From positions 1 through 18,612 of the forward strand of contig JBBQTU010000061.1 of assembly GCA_038213005.1 (NCBI GenBank): a stretch of 18,612 bases of DNA. The letters run 5' to 3'. The translations under genes and the position numbers were made by a program. Within the stretch, counting starts at the first letter, position 1. The number at the start of each line of letters is the position of its first letter. Under the pieces are notes generated by a model. It did no database searches. It had not been told where the DNA came from and saw only the letters and a list, made by a program, of their open reading frames with translations. Origin of the DNA: Tepidisphaerales bacterium. GTDB taxonomy: Bacteria > Planctomycetota > Phycisphaerae > Tepidisphaerales > Tepidisphaeraceae. Below, one piece after another: positions 15,323-18,612 of the stretch.

Positions 15323-15583
15323 ATGAGTCTTCATTGGTCTTCTTCTCAATCGCCGCAGCAACCCAGGAAAAGAAGCTTGACTGCGGCACAGGTATCCTCT
15401 GGAAGTCCCAGCCGTATCGGGTGGGCGCTAAATGATCGTCCTTACTGCCAGGCGGTCGATTTCGACAAGATTGCCCGCTTTCCCGGGCGGATGCAAGTTG
15501 CGCATCAGCGAGTGATTGGAGCGAATACGGTGCTGAAAGATGTGTCGCCCTTTCAGGCCTCATTCAGGGTGAATGGTTTTTAG
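15323..15583 (+). CDS. Hypothetical small protein (86 aa).
   Basis: Very strong SD (AAGAGGAAA, 6 nt spacer). Sits in a lower-GC patch with no overlapping alternative. No recognisable domain, and the Ser-rich composition is atypical. Confidence 0.35.
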   Translation: MSLHWSSSQSPQQPRKRSLTAAQVSSGSPSRIGWALNDRPYCQAVDFDKIARFPGRMQVAHQRVIGANTVLKDVSPFQASFRVNGF

Positions 15584-15588
15584 GACCC

Positions 15589-15679
15589 GCGCATCAATAA
15601 CCGTCCGGTTCAAAAAGCGCACCCCCTCCCAACCTCCCCTAGGGGGGAGGAGTACCATTCCTGCCAGTTATTGATGCGC
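15589..15679. repeat. MITE/REP-like palindromic element: 13-bp perfect terminal inverted repeats (gcgcatcaataac / gttattgatgcgc) around an inner hairpin ctcccaacctcccc-tag-gggggagg.
   Basis: Read directly. It sits exactly between two convergent stop codons (15583 and 15686). The inner core is shared with the hpnD intragenic palindrome (1139-1180) and partly with 12683-12714. Confidence 0.65.
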
Positions 15680-15685
15680 CGGTCT

Positions 15686-15949
15686 TTACGGCTGGCGCTT
15701 GGCGTCTTCGGCCGCCTTTTCGGCAGCGGCTTTGACATCGGCGGCTTCCTTGTCGGCCTTGGCCTTGGTGTCGGCGGCGGCCTTCTCAGCGTCGGCCTCC
15801 GCGTTGGCGGCATCCTTCTTGGCCTCGGCCCTGGTGTCGGCGGCGGTCTTGGCGGCGTCGGTGGCGGCGGGCGTTTGTGGCCGATCATCACAGCCCACCA
15901 TCAAGGCGCCTGTCAGAAACAGCGGCAGTATGAAAAGCTTCGTACGCAT
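15686..15949 (-). CDS. Small secreted Ala/Lys/Asp-rich lipoprotein (87 aa).
   Basis: Signal peptide with lipobox (MRTKLFILPLFLTGALMVGC). SD AAGGGAG 5 nt upstream. Low-complexity A/K/D/E repeats. The competing plus-strand Gly-rich ORF and minus-strand Pro-rich ORF are frame artefacts of the same repeats. Confidence 0.6.
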   Translation of the reverse strand: MRTKLFILPLFLTGALMVGCDDRPQTPAATDAAKTAADTRAEAKKDAANAEADAEKAAADTKAKADKEAADVKAAAEKAAEDAKRQP

Positions 15950-16008
15950 GATTCTCCCTTAAAAAAAAGTGACCTATTGCCAATCCATCCTGAGTACCGC
16001 CGGGGCTA

Positions 16009-16097
16009 CGTCCCCTTTGAGAGGCGCGTCCTCTTTGAAAGGCGTCCTCTTTGAAGAGGCGTCCTCTTTGAGAGGCGCGTCTCCTTTGAGAGGCGGC
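16009..16097. repeat. Five tandem ~17-bp units TCCTCTTTGAGAGGCG(CG), each containing the palindrome cctct-ttg-agagg.
   Basis: Read directly: tcccctttgagaggcgcg / tcctctttgaaaggcg / tcctctttgaagaggcg / tcctctttgagaggcgcg / tctcctttgagaggcgg. Lies in the 214-bp gap between the histidine kinase stop and the lipoprotein start (same strand). Confidence 0.8.
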
Positions 16098-16163
16098 ACT
16101 TACTGATCATAGGCAGGCAATGGCGTCGGCATCAACCGCGAAAGAGGAGAGGCTGCAACACGA

Positions 16164-17819
16164 TCAGACAGGCACCGCCGCCGCCGCGGCGCCTGTCGTC
16201 ACCCTCGCGATTGCCTTCGCCAGGGCCAGCATGTTCACGGGCTTCACCAGATGCAGAGTGAACCCCGCCTCGCGGCTGGCCTGCTGATCCGTTTCCTGAC
16301 CGTAGCCGCTGAGGGCAATCGCGGGCAGCGTCAGTCCTCTTGCTCGCAGCGTCCGCATCAGATCCAGCCCGCTGCCATCGGGCAGCCCCAGGTCGCTCAG
16401 CAGCAGGTCAAACCGCTGCTCGGCCGCCAGTTGCAGCGCCGTCGCGACATCGCCGGCGACCTGCACCTCGTGCCCCCGGGCCGATAGCAGTCGCCGCATG
16501 ATCCGGGCCGTGTCGCCGTGATCCTCCACCAGCAGAATGCGCAGCGGGCGGGCAGCAGCGACCGCCCGCGCTTTGGAGCCGGGCGACGCAGCGGCGACCT
16601 CGGCCCCGGCCGGCAGCAGCGGGAGGCGGACGGTAAACGTCGACCCCCTGCCCTTGCCTGCACTGCTGGCGCGGATACTCCCGCCGTGCATCTCAATCAA
16701 CGACCTGCTGATGGTCAGGCCCAGTCCCAGGCCGCCGAATTGTCGTGTGATCGACCGGTCGGCCTGATCGAAAGCGTTGAAAATGCGGTCCAGCGACTCG
16801 GCGTCAATTCCTTCCCCGTTGTCGCTCACCTCCGTCACCACAGACCCCTCACCGTCCCGGCGGCAGCGAACGCCTACGCATCCGCCAACCTGCGTGAACT
16901 TGACGGCGTTTTTCAGCAGGTTCCAGAACACCTGTTGAAGCCGGCCGGCGTCGCCATCAATCCAGTACGGCTCAGCCCCAAGGTCCACATCCAGTTCCAG
17001 TTCTCTGACCTCGATGTTGGGCATGCAGTCGTCCCTGGCCCGGCGGATGATCGTGCGCAGATCGATCTGCCGGCGGTCCATCTCAACTTTCCCCTGCTCG
17101 ATACGCGTCACGTCCAGCAGGTCGTCGATCAGCCGCGCCGCCAGTTCCGCGTTGCGACAAATGACATCCAACTGCTGGCGAGTGTCGGCGCTAAGGCAAG
17201 GGTCCTCGCGCAGCATGGTGGCGATGGCCAGCACCGGGTTCAGAGGATTGCGCAGTTCGTGGCTCAGCACCGCCACGAAGCGGTCCTTGGCCTTGATGGC
17301 GGCCTCCAGACCCACGTTCAGCATCTCGGCTTTCTCTGTGAGTTCCTGTTGACGAATGCCCGAAAGCAGCAGCGATTCGTTCACCGCCGTCGCTTGTTGC
17401 CGGAAGGTCGCGGCCTTGGTCGCTTCGGTCACCTGAAGCATCAGGCCCACGGGGCGCTCGTTATGCCCGAGGATCGCCCAAATCGAGTACGACCAGTAGA
17501 CGCCCGGGGTCGTCCCGTGTCTCTGCTCGGCCAGCGTCTCGGGCGTCCCCGTACGAAAGACGCGCTGCAGCACGGCCAGGCAATGGTTGGTCGCGTCCTC
17601 GGGCACGGCCTCGGTGAACGGCCGGCCCGTCACCGCGTCCCGAGTCGTTCCCGCCAGACGCAGGAACGCCGCATTTACATGCCGCACGATGTACGTCCCG
17701 CCTTCCACGGCGACCATCGCCTGCGGAGAACGCTCGCAGAAGTACCGACATAGGCGCGGGAAGTCCAGCGCCGGGTCGGTCGCGGTTGAGTTGGAGTTTC
17801 GAGTTGCGTTCTCTTGCAT
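16164..17819 (-). CDS. Hybrid sensor histidine kinase (PAS - HisKA - HATPase_c - receiver).
   Basis: H-box FVAVLSHELRNPLNPV, G-boxes (…VSDNGEGID…GGLGLGLTISRSLIEMHGG…) and a C-terminal REC domain (ILLVEDHGDTARIM…DLLLSDLGLPDGSG…LVKP). N-terminal PAS-like region. Its start is 9 nt after the KaiC stop. Confidence 0.9.
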   Translation of the reverse strand: MQENATRNSNSTATDPALDFPRLCRYFCERSPQAMVAVEGGTYIVRHVNAAFLRLAGTTRDAVTGRPFTEAVPEDATNHCLAVLQRVFRTGTPETLAEQRHGTTPGVYWSYSIWAILGHNERPVGLMLQVTEATKAATFRQQATAVNESLLLSGIRQQELTEKAEMLNVGLEAAIKAKDRFVAVLSHELRNPLNPVLAIATMLREDPCLSADTRQQLDVICRNAELAARLIDDLLDVTRIEQGKVEMDRRQIDLRTIIRRARDDCMPNIEVRELELDVDLGAEPYWIDGDAGRLQQVFWNLLKNAVKFTQVGGCVGVRCRRDGEGSVVTEVSDNGEGIDAESLDRIFNAFDQADRSITRQFGGLGLGLTISRSLIEMHGGSIRASSAGKGRGSTFTVRLPLLPAGAEVAAASPGSKARAVAAARPLRILLVEDHGDTARIMRRLLSARGHEVQVAGDVATALQLAAEQRFDLLLSDLGLPDGSGLDLMRTLRARGLTLPAIALSGYGQETDQQASREAGFTLHLVKPVNMLALAKAIARVTTGAAAAAVPV

Positions 17820-17828
17820 CGAAGGCTC

Positions 17829-18612
17829 CTACTTCTTCGCCTTTGGTTCCGGCGCGGCTTCTTGCTCCTGTACCTTCTGCGTGCTCGTTCGCACCGGCAG
17901 TCCTGATGTCAGCGCGTTGTAGCCCGTGCTCCGCGGGTGGATGAGGACCACGCCCTTGTCGGTGATGACATACTCGCGGATGTCCTTGCTATGATTGCCT
18001 CCGCGCATCTTGATCACCACCATCACCTTGCGCAACTGCCCGTCGATCTCGACATAACGCATTCGCAGGATGTCGTCGGTGAGGAACGAAATCGCATAGT
18101 GGCTGAACTGCAGCGACGTGAAGTCGTCCTCCACCTCCACCGTCGTCAGAATCGTGACGCCCGCCCGGGTCAGCGCCACGATCAGCCGGTACAGCGACTC
18201 GCGAAAATCCTCTCGGAATCCCGGCGCCAGCGCCATCTCAAACCCCACCAGTGAATCAATCACCAGTCGCTTGGCCCCGACCCGCTTGACCGCATCGAGA
18301 ATCTTCTGCGTGATCTCATCCACCGAGAGGTCCAGCGGGCGCAGGTAAAGCAGTTCCAGCTTTCCCTTTGTCTGAGGCGTCTTCAAATCCAAGCCAAAGT
18401 TGGCAGCCCGATCCGCGTAGCCTCGTGGGCGCTCTTCGAACAGGGCCATGATCGCCGGTTCGCCGTGGCGCAGTCCTTCGGCGATGAATTGCGTCGCCAG
18501 CGCCGACTTGCCCGTCCCCGAAGGCCCGGCCAGCAGCAGGCTGTCGCCTTCGAGAATCCCCCCGTTCATCATCTTGTCCAGTTCGGGGATCCCCATGGAA
18601 AGCCGCCGGCCG
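17829..18612 (-). CDS. kaiC: KaiC-family RecA-superfamily ATPase. The C-terminal KaiC domain is in the window; the N-terminal part lies beyond the window end.
   Basis: …GIPELDKMMNGGILEGDSLLLAGPSGTGKSALATQFIAEG… Walker A, then …KRLVIDSL… Walker B region, matching KaiC domain II. The frame stays open upstream of the first Met (…GRRLSMGIP…). Confidence 0.8.
   Translation of the reverse strand, partial: GRRLSMGIPELDKMMNGGILEGDSLLLAGPSGTGKSALATQFIAEGLRHGEPAIMALFEERPRGYADRAANFGLDLKTPQTKGKLELLYLRPLDLSVDEITQKILDAVKRVGAKRLVIDSLVGFEMALAPGFREDFRESLYRLIVALTRAGVTILTTVEVEDDFTSLQFSHYAISFLTDDILRMRYVEIDGQLRKVMVVIKMRGGNHSKDIREYVITDKGVVLIHPRSTGYNALTSGLPVRTSTQKVQEQEAAPEPKAKK

Noticed and set aside
15610-16054. 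Gly-rich plus-strand ORF (127 aa) and Pro-rich minus-strand ORF (93 aa) overlapping the lipoprotein gene
   Set aside because: These are frame artefacts of the GCN-rich repeats. The minus-strand frame starting at 15949 has an SD, a signal peptide and a lipobox.
16009-16097. CRISPR array (also considered for 15172-15235)
   Set aside because: The units are contiguous with no spacers, only 17 and 32 bp long, and have just 5 and 2 copies. They are not CRISPR-like.
16518-17753. 411-aa plus-strand ORF inside the histidine kinase gene
   Set aside because: Antisense artefact. The minus-strand frame carries H-, N-, G-boxes and a receiver domain.

Overview
High-GC (~65%) bacterial chromosomal window, Planctomycetota-like in composition and coding style, with several lower-GC (~50-55%) patches. 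Core genes: an hpnC-hpnD-hpnE squalene-synthesis operon (hpnC truncated at the window start), a cold-shock protein, a URO-D/MtaA-like methyltransferase plus a small coupled ORF, an nfeD-flotillin (SPFH) operon, a stand-alone homocysteine S-methyltransferase-domain protein followed by a Gfo/Idh/MocA oxidoreductase, a small Ala/Lys-rich lipoprotein, and a PAS hybrid histidine kinase directly downstream of a KaiC-family ATPase (truncated at the window end). The most unusual region is 8.5-12.4 kb. Three copies of a ~200-bp direct repeat (the third partial) delimit two low-GC modules, a PIN/RHH toxin-antitoxin pair and a Type II restriction-modification pair. Every gene is on the minus strand and each module has a repeat at its 3' side, like an integron cassette array (gene + attC) or a CALIN. 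No integrase lies in the window. Other non-genic structure is present. A ~100-bp promoter/leader element is conserved at two loci, both next to methyltransferase genes. An octamer CGATTGAC occurs five times on one strand. A palindromic C-rich/G-rich mini-element sits in frame inside hpnD and as a TIR-flanked copy between two convergent genes. A decayed duplicate of the hpnE 3' end lies 600 bp downstream of the intact gene. There are two tandem-repeat arrays of 17 and 32 bp. Nothing was searched or computed. Family assignments rest on recognisable motifs in the translated ORFs.
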